A DNA stretch of 64,000 nt from Heterodontus francisci (taxonomy: Eukaryota), in assembly GCF_036365525.1 (NCBI RefSeq), contig NC_090378.1:124543593-124607592 (forward strand). The letters are read 5' to 3'. Made by a program: the position numbers and the translations under genes. The notes under the pieces are model-generated. The model saw only the letters and a list, made by a program, of their open reading frames with translations, was not told the DNA's origin and did not search any database. Within the stretch, counting starts at the first letter, position 1. Each line of letters opens with the position of its first letter. Shown piece by piece: positions 27,101 to 42,100 of the stretch.

Positions 27101-30100
27101 AGATCAGATAGAGGGAGGGATGGAGATTAGATAGAGGGAGGGATAGAGCTCAGATAGAGGGAGGGATGGAGATCAGATAGAGGGAGGGATGGAGATCAGA
27201 TAGAGGGAGGGATGGATCACAGATAGGGGGAGGGATGGAGATCCGATAGAGGGAGGGCTGGAGTTCAGATAGAGTGAGGGATGGATCACAGATAGAGGAA
27301 GGGATGGAGATCAGATAGACGGAGGGATGCAGCTCAGAACGGGGGAGGGATGCAGCTCCGATGGAGGGAGGGATGGAGATCAGATAGAGGGAGGGATGGA
27401 GTTTAGATAGAGGAAGGGATGGAGATCAGATAGAGGGAGGGATGGCGATCAGATAGAGGGAGGGATGGAGATCAGATAGAGGCAGGGATGGAGATCAGAT
27501 AGAGGCAGGGATGGAGATCAGATAGAGGCAGGGATGGAGTTTAGATAGAGGAAGGGATGGAGATCAGATAGAGGAAGGGATGGAGATCAGATAGAGGGAG
27601 GGATGGAGATCAGATAGAGGGACGGATGGAGATTAGATAGAGGGAGGGATGGAGTTTAGATAGAGGAAGGGATGGAAATCAGATAGAGGGAGGGATGGAG
27701 TTAGATAGAGGGATGGATGGAGATCCGATAGAGGGAGGGATGGAGATCAGATAGAGCGAATGGTGGAGATTAGATAGAGGGAGGGATAGAGCTCAGATAG
27801 AGGGAGGGATGGAGATCAGATAGAGGGAGGGATGGAGGTTAGATAGAGGAAGGGATGCAGATCAGACAGAGGGAGGGATGGAGATCAGATAGAGGGAGGG
27901 ATGGAGACCAGATAGAGGGAGGGATGGAGATTAGATAGAGGGACGAATGGAGATTAGATAGAGGGAGGGATGGAGATTAGATACAGGGAGGGATAGAGCT
28001 GGGTTAGGGGGAGGGATGGAGATCAGTGAGAGGGACGGTTGGAGATTAGATAGAGGGAGGGATGGAGATTAGATAGAGGGAGGGATGGAGATTAGATAGA
28101 GGGAGGGATGGAGATTAGATAGAGGGAGGCATGGAGATCAGATAGAGGGAGGGATGGAGATCAGATAGAGGGAGGGATGGAGATTAGATAGAGGGAGGGA
28201 TGGAGATTAGATAGAGGGAGGGATAGAGCTCAGATAGAGGGAGGCATGGAGATCAGATAGAGGGAGGGATGGAGATTAGATAGAGGGAGGGATGGAGATT
28301 AGATAGAGGGAGGGATAGAGCTCAGATAGAGGGAGGCATGGAGATCAGATAGAGGGAGGGATGGAGATCAGATAGAGGGAGGGATGGAGCTCAGATTGAG
28401 GGAGGGATGGAGATCAGATAGAGGGAGGGATGGAGATTAGATAGAGGGAGGGATGGAGTTTAGATAGAGGAAGGGATGGAGTTTAGATAGAGGAAGGGAT
28501 GGAGTTTAGATAGAGGAAGGGATGGAGATAAGATAGAGGGTGGGATGGAGATCAGATAGAGGAAGGGATGGAGATTAGATAGAGGGAGGGATGGAGATTA
28601 GATAGAGGGAGGGATGGAGATCAGATAGAGGGAGGGATGGAGATCAGATAGAGGGAGGGATGGAGATCAGATAGAGGGAGGGATGGAGATCAGATAGAGG
28701 GAGGGATGGAGATTAGATAGAGGAAGGGATGGAGATCAGATAGAGGGAGGGATGGAGATCAGATAGAGGGAGGGATGGAGATCAGATAGAGGGAGGGATG
28801 GAGATCAGATAGAGGGAGGGATGGAGATCAGATAGAGGGAGGGATGGAGATCAGATAGAGGGAGGGATGGAGATTAGATAGAGGAAGGGATGGAGATCAG
28901 ATAGAGGGAGGGATGGAGATCAGAAAGAGGGAGGGATGGAGATCAGATAGAGGGAGGGATGGAGATCAGATAGAGGGAGGGATGGAGATCAGATAGAGGG
29001 AGGGATGGAGATTAGATAGAGGAAGGGATGGAGATCAGATAGAGGGAGGGATGGAGATCAGATAGAGGGAGGGATGGAGATCAGATAGAGGGAGGGATGG
29101 AGGTCAGATAGAGGGAGGGATGGAGATCCGATAGAGGAAGGGATGGAGATCAGATAGAGGGAGGGATGGAGATCAGATAGAGGGAGGGATGGAGATCAGA
29201 TAGAGGGAGGGATGGAGATTAGATAGAGGGAGGGGCATGGAGATTAGATAGAGGGAGGGATGGAGTTTAGATAGAGGAAGGGATGGAGATCAGATAGAGG
29301 GAGGGATGGAGATCAGATAGAGGAAGGGATGGAGATTAGATAGAGGGAGGGATGGAGATTAGATAGAGGGAGGGATGGAGATCAGATAGAGGGACGGATG
29401 GAGATTAGATAGAGGGAGGGATGGAGTTTGGATAGAGGAAGGGATGGAGATCAGATAGAGGGAGGGATGGAGATCAGTTAGAGGGAGGGATGGATATTAG
29501 ATAGAGGGAGGGATAGAGCTCAGATAGAGGAAGGGATGGGGATCAGATAGAGGGAGGGATGGAGATCAGATAGAGAGATGGATGGAAATCATATAGAGGG
29601 AGGGATGGAGATCAGATAGAGGGACGGATGGAGTTTAGATAGAGGAAGGGATGGAGATCAGAAAGAGGGAGTGATGTTGATCAGACAGAGGGAGGGATGG
29701 AGATTAGATAGAGGGAGGGATGGAGATCAGATAGAGGGAGGGATGGAGCTCAGATAGAGGGACGGATGGAGATTAGATAGAGGAAGGGATGGAGCTCAGA
29801 GAGAGGGATGGATGGAAATCCGATAGAGAGAGGGATAGAGATCAGATAAAGGGAGGGATGGAGCTCAGATAGAGGGAGGGATAGAGATCTGATAGAAAGA
29901 GTGATGTTGATCAGACAGAGGGAGGGATGGAGATTAGATAGAGGGAGGGATGGAGATCAGATGGAGGGAGGGATGGAGCTCACATAGAGGGACGGATGGA
30001 GATTAGATAGAGGAAGGGATGGAGCTTAGATAGAGGGACGGATGGAGATCAGATAGAGAGAGGGATAGAGATCAGATAAAGGGAGGGATGGAGCTCAGAT

Positions 30101-33100
30101 AGAGGGAGGGATAGAGATCAGATAGAGGGAGGGATGGAGCTCAGATAGAGGGAGGGATGGATTTCAGATAGAGGGAGGGATGGATCACAGACAGAGGGAG
30201 GGATGGAGATCCGATAGAGGGAGGGATGGATCACAGATAGAGGGAGGGATGGAGCTCAGATAGCGAGAGGGATACAGATCAGATAGAGGGAGGGATGCAG
30301 CTCAGAACGAGGGAGGGATGGAGCTCCGATGGAGGGAGGGATGGAGCTCAGATAGAGGGAGGGATGGATTTCAGATAGAGTGAGGGATGGATCACAAATA
30401 GAGGGAGGGATGGAGATCCGATAGAGGGAGGGATGGAGTGCAGATAGAGTGAGGGATGGATCACAGATAGAGGGAGGAATGGAGCTCTGATAGAGGAAGG
30501 GATGGAGATCAGATAGAGGGAGGGGTGCAGCTCAGAACCAGGGAGGCATGGAGCTCCGATGGAGGGAGGGATGGAGCTCAGATAGAGTGAGGGATGGATT
30601 TCAGATAGAGTGAGGGATGGATCACAGATAGAGGGAGGGATGGAGATCCCATAGAGGGAGGGATGTATTTCAGATCGAGGGAGGGATGGATCGCAGATAG
30701 AGGGAGGGATGGAGATCCCATAGAGGGAGGGATGTATTTCAGATCGAGGGAGGGATGGATCGCAGATAGAGGGAGGGAAGGAGATCCGATAGAGGGAGGG
30801 ATGGTGTTCAGATAGGGGGAGGGATGGAGATCCGATAGAGGGAGGGATGTAATTCAGATGGAGGGAGGGATGGATTTCAGACAGAGTGAGGGATGGACCA
30901 CAGATAGAGGGAGGGATGGAGATCGATAGCGGGAGGGATGGAGTTCAGGTAGAGTGAGGGATGGATCACAGATATAGGGAGGGATGGAGATCCGATAGAG
31001 GGAGGGATGGAGTTCAGATAAAGGGAGGGATGGAGCTCAGATAGAGGGAGGGATGGAGTTCAGATAAAGGGAGGGATAGAGATCAGATAGTGGAAGGGAC
31101 CGAGTTAAGATAGAGGGAGGGTGGGATCTCCGACAGAGGGAGGGATGGAGATCCGTTAGAGGTAGGGATGGAGCTCAGATAGAAAGAGGAATGGAGATCA
31201 GATAGAGAGAAGGATGGAGATCAGATAGAGGGAGGGATGGAGATCAGATCGAAGGAGGGATGTGTATCAGATAGAGGGAGGGATGGATTTCAGATAGAGT
31301 GAGGGATGAATCACAGATAGAGGGAGGGATGGAGATCAGATAGAGGGAGGGATGGAGATCCGATAGAGGGAGGAATGGAGGGAGGAATGGAGGTCCGATA
31401 CAGGGAGGGATGGAGGTCAGATATAGGGAGGAATGGAGATCAGATAGATGGAGGCTGCAGTTCAGATAGATGGAGGGATGGATATACGTGAGAGGGAGGG
31501 ATGGAGTTCAGATAGAGGGTGGAATGGAGGGAGGGATGGAGGTCAAATAGAGGGAGGGATGGGGCTCAGATAAAGGGAGGGATGGAGATCAGATAGAGGA
31601 AGGGATGGAGATCAGATAGAGGGAGGGATGGAGATCAGATAGAGGGAGGGATGGAGATTAGATAGAGGGAGGGATGGAGATCAGATAGAGGGAGGGATGG
31701 AGCTCAGATAGAGGAAGGGATGGAAATCAGATAGAGGGAGGGATAGAGATCAGATAGAGGGAGGGATAGAGATCAGATAGAGGGAGGGATAGAGATCAGA
31801 TAGAGGGACGGATGGAGATTAGATAGAGGGAGGGATAGAGTTCAGATAGAGGGAGGGATGGAGATCAGATAGAGGGATGGATGGAGATCAGATAAAGGGA
31901 GGGATGGAGCTCAGATGGAGGGAGGGATAGAGATCAGATAGAGGGAGGGATGGAGATCAGATAGAGGGAGGGATGGAGATCAGATAGAGGGAGGGATGGA
32001 GATCAGATAGAGGGAGGGATGGAGATCAGATAGAGGGAGGGATGGAGATTAGATAGAGGAAGGGATGGAGATCAGATAGAGGGAGGGATGGAGATCAGAT
32101 AGAGGGAGGCTTGGAGATTAGATAGAGGGAGGGATAGAGCTCAGATAGAGGGAGGAATGGAGATCAGATAGAGGAAGGGATGGAGATCCGATAGAGGGAG
32201 GGATGGAGATCAGATAGAGGGAGGGATGGAGATCAGATAGAGGGAGGGATGGAGATTAGATAGGGGGAGGGATAGAGCTCAGATAGAGGGAGGGATGGAG
32301 ATCATGTAGAGGGACGGTTGGAGATTTGATAGAGGGAGTGATGGAGATCAGATAGAGGGAGGGATAGAGCTCAGATAGAGGAAGGGATGGAGATCAGATA
32401 GAGGGAGGGATAGAGCTCAGATAGAGGGAGGGATAGAGATCAGATAGAGGGACGGATGGAGATTAGATAGAGGGAGGGATAGAGCTCAGATAGAGGGAGG
32501 GATGGAGATCAGATAGAGGGAGGGATGGAGATCAGATAAAGGGAGGGATGGAGCTCAGATAGAGGGAGGGATAGAGATCAGATAAAGGGAGGGATGGAGC
32601 TCAGATAGAGGGAGGGATGGATTTCAGATAGAGGGAGGGATGGATCACAGATAGAGGGAGGGATGGAGATCCGATAGAGGGAGGGATGGATCACAGATAG
32701 AGGGAGGGATGGAGCTCAGATAGCGAGAGGGATACAGATCAGATAGAGGGAGGGATGCAGCTCAGAACGAGGGAAGGATGGAGCTCCGATGGAGGGAGGG
32801 ATGGAGCTCCGATGGAGGGAGGGATGGATTTCAGATAGAGTGAGGGATGGATCACAGATAGAGGGAGGGATGGAGATCCGATAGAGGGAGGGATAGAGCT
32901 CAGATAGAGGGAGGGATGGAGATCAGATAGAGGGAGTGATGGAGATCAGATAGAGAGAGGGATGGAGATTAGATACAGGGAGGGATGGAGTTTAGATAGA
33001 GGAAGTGATGGAGATCAGATAGAGAGATGGATTTAGATCAGATAGCGAGAGGGATAGAGATCAGATAAAGGGAGGGATGGAGCTCAGATAGAGGCAGGGA

Positions 33101-36100
33101 TGGATTTCAGATAGAGGGAGGGATGGATCACAGATAGAGGGAGGGATGGAGCTCAGATAGCGAGAGGGATACAGATCAGATAGAGGGAGGGATGCAGCTC
33201 AGAACGAGGGAAGGATGGAGCTCCGATGGAGGGAGGGATGGAGCTCCGATGGAGGGAGGGATGGATTTCAGATAGAGTGAGGGATGGATCACAGATAGAG
33301 GGAGGGATGGAGATCCGATAGAGGGAGGGATAGAGCTCAGATAGAGGGAGGGATGGAGATCAGATAGAGGGAGTGATGGAGATCAGATAGAGAGAGGGAT
33401 GGAGATTAGATACAGGGAGGGATGGAGTTTAGATAGAGGAAGTGATGGAGATCAGATAGAGGGAGGGATGGAGATCAGATAGAGGCAGGGATGGATTTCA
33501 GATAGAGGGAGGGATGGATCACAGATAGAGGGAGGGATGGAGATCCGATAGAGGGAGGGATGGAGTTCAGATAGAGTGAGGGATGGATCACAGATAGAGG
33601 GAGGGATGGAGATCTGATAGAGGGTGGGATGGAGATCAGATAGAGGGAGGGATGGAGATCAGACAGAGAGAGGGATGGAGATCAGATAGAGGGAGGGATG
33701 GAGATCAGATAGAGGGAGGGATGGAGCTCAGATAGAGGGTGGAATGGAGATCAGTTAGAGGAAGGGATGGAGATCAGATAGAGGGAGGGATGGAGATCAG
33801 ATAGAGGGAGGGATGGAGATCAGATAGAGGGAGGGATGGAGATCAGATAGAGGGAGGGATGGAGATCAGATAGAGGGAGGGATGGAGATCAGATAGAGGG
33901 AGGGATGGAGATCAAATAGAGGGAGGTTTCGAGATCAGATAGAGTGAGGGATGGAGATCAGATAGAGGGAGGGATGGAGTGCAGATACAGGGTGGGATGG
34001 AGATCAGATAGAAGGAGGGATGGAGATCAGATAGAGGGAGGTATAGAGATCAGATAGAGGGAGGGATGGAGCTCAGATCGAGGGAGGGATGGAGCTCAGA
34101 TCGAGGGAGGGATGGAGATCAGATAGAGGGAGGGATGGAGATCAGATAGAGGGAGGGATGGAGCTCAGATAGAGGGAGGGATGGAGATCTGATAGAGGGT
34201 GGGATGGAGATCTGATAGAGGGTGGGATGGAGATCTGATAGAGGGTGGGATGGAGATCAGATAGAGGGAGGGATGGAGATCAGACAGAGAGAGGGATGGA
34301 GATCAGATAGAGGGAGGGATGGAGATCAGATAGAGGGAGGGATGGAGCTCAGATAGAGGGAGGGATGGAGATCTGATAGAGGGTGGGATGGAGATCTGAT
34401 AGAGGGTGGGATGGAGATCAGATAGAGGGAGGGATGGAGATCAGACAGAGAGAGGGATGGAGATCAGATAGAGGGAGGGATGGAGATTAGATAGAGGGAG
34501 GGATGGAGATCAGATAGAGGGAGGGATGGAGATCAGATAGAGGGAGGGATGGAGATCAGATAGAGAGAGGGATGGAGATCAGATAGAGAGAGGGATGGAG
34601 ATCAGATAGAGGGAGGGATGGATTTTGGATAGAGGAAGGGATGGAGATCAGATAGAGGGAGGGATGGAGCTCAGATAGATGGACGGATGGAGATTAGATA
34701 GAGGGAGGGATGGAGCTCAGATAGAGGGACGGATGGAGATCAGATAGAGAGAGGGGTAGAGATCAGATAAAGGGAGGGATGGAGCTCAGATAGAGGGAGG
34801 GATAAAGATCAGATAAAGGGAGGGATGGAGCTCAGATATAGGGAGGGATGGATTTCAGATAGAGAGAGGGATGGACAAAGATAGAGGGAGGGATGAACAT
34901 CCGATAGAGGGAGGGATGGATCACAGATATAGGGAGGGATGGAGCTCAGATAGCGAGAGGGATAGAGATCAGATAAAGGGAGGGATGGAGCTCAGATAGA
35001 GGCAGGGATGGATTTCAGATAAAGGGAGGGATGGATCACAGATAGAGGGAGGGATGGAGATCCGACAGAGGGAGGGATGGAGTTCAGATAGAGTGAGGGA
35101 TGGATCACAGATAGAGGGAGGAATGGAGCTCTGATAGAGGGAGGGATGGAGATCAGATAGAAGGAGGGGTGCAGCTCAGAACCAGGGAGGGATGGAGCTC
35201 CGATGGAGGGAGGGATGGAGCTCAGATAGAGTGAGGGATGGATTTCAGATAGAGTGAGGGATGGATCACAGATAGAGGGAGGGATGGAGATCCCATAGAG
35301 GGAGGGATGGAGATCAGATAGAGGGAGGAATGCAGCTCAGAACGAGGGAGGGATGGAGCTCCGATGGAGGGAGGGATGGAGCTCAGATAGAGGGAGGGAT
35401 GGATTTCAGATAGAGTGAGGGATGGATCACAGATAGAGGGAGGGATGGAGATCCTATAGAGGGAGGGATGGAGTTCAGATAGAGTGAGGGATGGATCACA
35501 GATAGAGGGAGGGATGGAGCTCCGATGGAGGGAGGGATGGAGCTCAGATAGAGGGAGGGATGGATTTCAGATAGAGTGAGGGATGGATCACAGATAGAGG
35601 GAGGGATGGAGATCCTATAGAGGGAGGGATGGAGTTCAGATAGAGTGAGGGATGGATCACAGATAGAGGGAGGAATGGAGCTCTGATAGAGGGAGGGATG
35701 GAGCTCTGATAGAGGGAGGGATGGAGATCAGATAGAGGGAGGGGTGCAGCTCAGAACCAGGGAGGGATGGAGCTCCGATGGAGGGAGGGATGGAGCTCAG
35801 ATAGAGTGAGGGATGGATTTCAGATAGAGTGAGGGATGGATCACAGATAGAGGGAGGGATGGAGATCAGATAGAGGGAGGGATGGAGCTCCGATAGAGGG
35901 AGGGATGGATCTCAGATAGAGGGAGGGATGGATCTCAGATAGAGGAAGGGTTGGAGATCAGATAGAGGGAGGGATGGAGATAGGATATAGAGGGAGGGAT
36001 AGACGTCAGATGGAGGGATAGTGCTCTGATAGAGGGACTGATGGAGATCAGATAGAGGGAGGGATGGAGATCAGATAGAGGGAGGGATGGAGCTCAGATA

Positions 36101-39100
36101 GAGGGAGGGATGGTGATCAGATAGAGGGAGGGATGTAGTTCAGATAGAGGGAGGGATGTAGTTCAGATAGAGGGAGGGATGTAGTTCAGATAGAGGGAGG
36201 GATGGAGCTCAGATAGAGGAAGGGATGGAGATCAGATAGAGGAAGGGATGGAGATCAGATAGAGGGTGGGATGGAGATCAGATATAGAGGGAGGGATAGA
36301 TGTCAGATAGAGTGAGGGATGGAGCTCTGATAGAGGGACTGATGGAGATTAGATAGAGGGTGGGATGGAGATCAGATAGAGGGAGGGATGGAGATCAGAT
36401 AGAGGGAGGTATAGAGATCAGATAGAGGGAGGGATGGAGATCAGATAGAGGGAGGGATGGAGATCAGATAGAGGGAGGGATGGAGCTCAGATTGAGGGAG
36501 GGATGGAGATCAGATACAGGGTGGGATGGAGATCAGATAGAGGGAGGTATGGAGATCAGATAGAGGGAGGGATGGAGATCAGATAGAGGGAAGGATGGAG
36601 ATCAGATAGAGGGAAGGATGGAGATAGGATATAGAGGGAGGGATAGATGTCAGATAGAGTGAGGGATGGAGCTCTGATAGAGGGACTGATGGAGATTAGA
36701 TAGAGGGTGGGATGGAGATCAGATAGAGGGAGGGATGGAGATCAGATAGAGGGAGGTATAGAGATCAGATAGAGGGAGGGATGGAGATCAGATAGAGGGA
36801 GGGATGGAGCTCAGATTGAGGGAGGGATGGAGATCAGATACAGGGTGGGATGGAGATCAGATAGAGGGAGGTATGGAGATCAGATAGAGGGAGGGATGGA
36901 GCTCAGATAGAGGGAGGGATGGAGCTCAGATAGAGGGAGGGATGGAGATCAGATAGAGGGAGGTATGGAGATCAGATAGAGGGAGGGATGGAGATCAGAT
37001 AGAGGGAGGGATGGAGATCAGATAGAGGGAGGTATGGAGATCAGATAGAGGGAGTGATGGAGATCAGATAGAGGGAGGGATGGAGATCAGATAGAGGGAG
37101 GGATGGAGATCAGATAGAGGGAGGGATGGAGATCAGATAGAGGGAGGGATGGAGATCAGATTGAGGAAGGGATGGAGATCAGATAGAGGGAGGGATGGAG
37201 CTCAGATAGAGGGAGGGATGGAGATCAGATAGAGGGAGGGATGGAGATCAGATAGAGGGAGGTATGGAGATCAGATAGAGGGAGGGATGGAGATCAGATA
37301 GTGGGAGGGATGGAGATCAGATAGAGGGAGGGATGGAGATCAGATAGAGGGAGGGATGGAGATCAGATAGAGGGAGGGATGGAGCTCAGATAGAGGGAGG
37401 GATGGAGGTCAGATAGAGGGAGGGATGGAGGTCAGATAGAGGGAAGGATGGAGATAGGATATAGAGGGAGGGATAGATGTCAGATAGAGTGAGGGATGGA
37501 GCTCTGATAGAGGGACTGATGGAGATTAGATAGAGGGTGGGATGGAGATCAGATAGAGGGAGGGATGGAGATCAGATAGAGGGAGGTATAGAGATCAGAT
37601 AGAGGGAGGGATGGAGATCAGATAGAGGGAGGGATGGAGCTCAGATTGAGGGAGGGATGGAGATCAGATACAGGGTGGGATGGAGATCAGATAGAGGGAG
37701 GTATGGAGATCAGATAGAGGGAGGGATGGAGATCAGATAGAGGGAGGGATGGAGATCAGATAGAGGGAGGGATGGAGATCAGATCGAGGGAGGGATGGAG
37801 CTCAGATCGAGGGACGGATGGAGATCAGATAGAGGGAGGGATGGAGATCAGACAGAGAGAGGGATGGAGATCAGATAGAGGGAGGGATGGAGCTCAGATA
37901 GAGGGACGGATGGAGATTTGATAGAGGAAGGGATGGAGATCAGATAGAGGGAGGGATGGAGATCAGATAGAGGGAGGGATGGAGCTCAGATAGAGGAAGG
38001 GACGGAGATCAGATAGAGGGAGGGATGGAGATCAAATAGAGGGAGGGATGCAGCTCAGATAGAGAGATGGATGGAGATTAGATAGAGGAAGAGATGGAGA
38101 TCAGATGGAGGGAGGGATGGAGATCAGATAGAGGGAGGGATGCAGCTCAGACAGAGGGAGGGATGGAGATCAGTTAGAGGAAGGTATAGAGATCAGATAG
38201 AGGGAGGGATGGAGATCAGATAGAGGGAGGGATAGACGTCAGATAGAGGGAGGGATGGAGCTCTGATAGAGGGACTGATGGAGATTAAATAGAGGGTGGG
38301 ATGGAGATCAGATAGAGGGAGGGATGGAGATTAGATAGAGGGAGGGATGGAGATCAGATGGAGGGAGGGATGGAGCTCAGATAGATGGACGGATGGAGAT
38401 CAGATAGAGAGAGGGATAGAGATCAGATAAAGGGAGGGATGGTGCTCAGATAGAGGGAGGGATAGAGATCAGATAAAGGGAGGGATGGAGCTCAGATAGA
38501 GGCAGGGATGGATTTCAGATAGAGAGATGGATGGATCACAGATAGAGGGAGGGATGAAGATCCGATAGAGGGAGGGATGGATCACAGATAGAGGGAGGGA
38601 TGGAGCTCAGATAGCGAAAGGAATAGAGATCAGATAAAGGGAAGGATGGAGCTCAGATAGAGGCAGGGATGGATTTCAGATAGAGGGAGGGATAGATCAC
38701 AGATAGAGGGAGGGATGGAGATCCGATAGAGGGAGGGATGGAGTTCAGATAGAGTGAGGGATGGAGTTCAGATAGAGGGAGGGATGGAGTTCAGATAGAG
38801 GGAGGGATGGAGCTATGATAGAGGAAGGGATGGAGATCAGATAGAGGGAGGGATGCAGCTCAGAAAGAGGGAGGGATGGAGCTCCGATGGAGGGAGGGAT
38901 GGAGCTCAGATAGAGGGAGGGATGGATTTCAGATAAAGTGAGGGATGGATCACAGATAGAGGGAGGGATGGAGTTCAGATAGAGTGAGGGATGGATCACA
39001 GATAGAGGGAGGAATGGAGCTCTGATAGTGGAAGGGTTGGAGATCAGATAGAGGGAGGGATGGAGATAGGATATAGAGGGAGGGATAGACGTCAGATAGA

Positions 39101-42100
39101 GGGAGGGATGGTGCTCTGACAGAGGGACTGATGGAGATCAGATAGAGGGAGGGATGGAGATCAGATAGAGGGAGGGGTGCAGCTCAGAAGCAGGCAGGGA
39201 TGGAGCTCCGATGGAGGGAGGGATGGAGCTCAGATAGAGTGAGGGATGGATTTCAGATAGAGTGAGGGATGGATCACAGATAGAGGGAGGGATGGAGATC
39301 CCATAGAGGGAGGGATGGAGATCAGATAGAGGGAGGGATGGAGATCAGATAGAGGGAGGGATGGAGCTCAGATAGAGGGACGGATGGAGATTTGATAGAG
39401 GAAGGGATGGAGATCAGATAGAGGGAGGGATGGAGATCAGATAGAGGGAGGGATGGAGCTCAGACAGAGGGAGGGATGGAGCTCAGACAGAGGGAGGGAT
39501 GGAGATCAGTTAGACGAAGGTATAGAGATCAGATAGAGGGAGGGATGGAGATCAGATAGAGGGAGGGATAGACGTCAGATAGAGGGAGGGATGGAGCTCT
39601 GATAGAGGGACTGATGGAGATTAAATAGAGGGTGGGATGGAGATCAGATAGAGGGAGGGATGGAGATTAGATAGAGGGAGGGATGGAGATCAGATGGAGG
39701 GAGGGATGGAGCTCAGATAGATGGACGGATGGAGATCAGATAGAGAGAGGGATAGAGATCAGATAAAGGGAGGGATGGAGATCAGATAGAGGGAGGGATG
39801 GATTTCAGATAGAGAGATGGATGGATCACAGATAGAGGGAGGGATGAAGATCCGATAGAGGGAGGGATGGATCACAGATAGAGGGAGGGATGGAGCTCAG
39901 ATAGCGAGAGGAATAGAGATCAGATAAAGGGAAGGATGGAGCTCAGATAGAGGCAGGGATGGATTTCAGATAGAGGGAGGGATAGATCACAGATAGAGGG
40001 AGGGATGGAGATCCGATAGAGGGAGGGATGGAGTTCAGATAGAGTGAGGGATGGAGTTCAGATAGAGTGAGGGATGGATCACAGATAGAGGGAGGGATGG
40101 AGCTATGATAGAGGAAGGGATGGAGATCAGATAGAGGGAGGGATTGAGATCAGATAGAGGGAGGGATGGAGCTCCGATGGAGGGAGGGATGGAGCTCAGA
40201 TAGAGGGAGGGATGGATTTCAGATAAAGTGAGGGATGGATCACAGATAGTGGGAGGGATGGAGATCCGATAGAGGGAGGGATGGAGTTCAGATAGAGGGA
40301 GGGATGGAGTTCAGATAGAGGGAGGGATGGATCACAGATAGAGGGAGGAATGGAGCTCTGATAGAGGAAGGGTTGGAGATCAGATAGAGGGAGGGATGGA
40401 GATCAGATAGAGGGAGGGATGGAGATAGGATATAGAGGGAGGGATAGACGTCAGATAGAGGGAGGGATGGTGCTCTGACAGAGGGACTGATGGAGATCAG
40501 ATAGAGGGAGGGATGGAGATCAGATAGAGGGAGGGGTGCAGCTCAGAACCAGGGAGGGATGGAGCTCCGATGGAGGGAGGGATGGAGCTCAGATAGAGTG
40601 AGGGATGGATTTCAGATAGAGTGAGGGATGGATTTCAGATAGAGTGAGGGATGGATCACAGATAGAGGGAGGGATGGAGATCCCATAGAGGGAGGGATGG
40701 AGCTCAGATAGAGGGAGGGATGGAGCTCAGATAGAGGGACGGATGGAGATCTGATAGAGGAAGGGATGGAGATCAGATAGAGGGAGGGATGGAGATCAGA
40801 TAGAGGGAGGGATGGAGATCAGATAGAGGGAGGGATGGAGCTCAGATAGAGGAAGGGATGGAGATCAGATAGAGGGAGGGATGGAGATCAGATAGAGGGA
40901 GGGATGTAGTTCAGATAGAGGGAGGGATGGAGCTCAGATAGAGGAAGGGATGGAGATCAGATAGAGGGAGGGATGGAGATCAGATAGAGGGAGGGATGGA
41001 GCTCAGATTGAGGAAGGGATGGAGATAGGATATAGAGGGAGGGATAGACGTCAGATAGAGGGAGGGATGGAGCTCTGATAGAGGGACTGATGGAGATTAG
41101 ATAGAGGGTGGGATGGAGATCAGATAGAGGGAGGGATGGAGATCAGATAGAGGGAGGGATGGAGATCAGATAGAGGGAGGGATGGAGATCAGATAGAGGG
41201 AGGGATGGAGATCAGATCGAGGGAGGGATGGAGATCATATAGAGGGAGGTATAGAGATCAGATAGAGGGAGGGATGGAGCTCAGATAGAGGGAGGGATGG
41301 AGCTCAGATCGAGGGAGGGATGGAGATCAGATAGAGGGAGGGATGGAGCTCAGATAGAGGGAGGGATGGAGATCAGATAGAGGGTGGGATGGAGATCAGA
41401 TAGAGGGTGGGATGGAGATCAGATAGAGGGAGGGATGGAGATCAGACAGAGAGAGGGATGGAGATCAGACAGAGGGAGGGATGGAGATCAGATAGAGGGA
41501 GGGATGGAGATCAGATAGAGGGAGGGATGGAGATCAGATAGAGGGAGGGATGGAGATCAGATAGAGGGAGGAATGGAGCTCAGATAGAGGGTGGGATGGA
41601 GATCAGTTAGAGGAAGGGATGGAGATCAGATAGAGGGAGGGATGGAGATCAGATAGAGGGAGGGATGGAGATCAGATAGAGGGAGGGATGGAGCTCAGAT
41701 AGAGGGAGGGATGGAGCTCAGATAGAGGGAGGGATGGAGATCAGATAGAGGGAGGGATGGAGATCAGATAGAGGGAGGGATGGAGCTCAGATAGAGGGAG
41801 GGATGGATTTCAGATAGAGGGAGGGATGGATTTCAGATAGAGGGAGGGATGGATTTCAGATAGAGGGAGGGATGGATTTCAGATAGAGGGAGGGATGGCT
41901 CACAGATCGAGGGAGGGATGGAGATCAGATAGAGGGAGGTGTATTGATCAGATAGAGGGAGGGATGCAGCTCAGATAGAGGGAGGGATGGAGATCAGATA
42001 GAGGGAGGGTTGGAGATCAGATAGAGGGAGGGATGGAGCTCAGATAGAGGGAGGGATGGAGCTCAGATAGAGGGAGGGATGGAGATCAGATAGAGGGAGG

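Noticed and set aside
6333-38999. Short ORFs within the 23-bp satellite
   Set aside because: Chance stop-free stretches of satellite.
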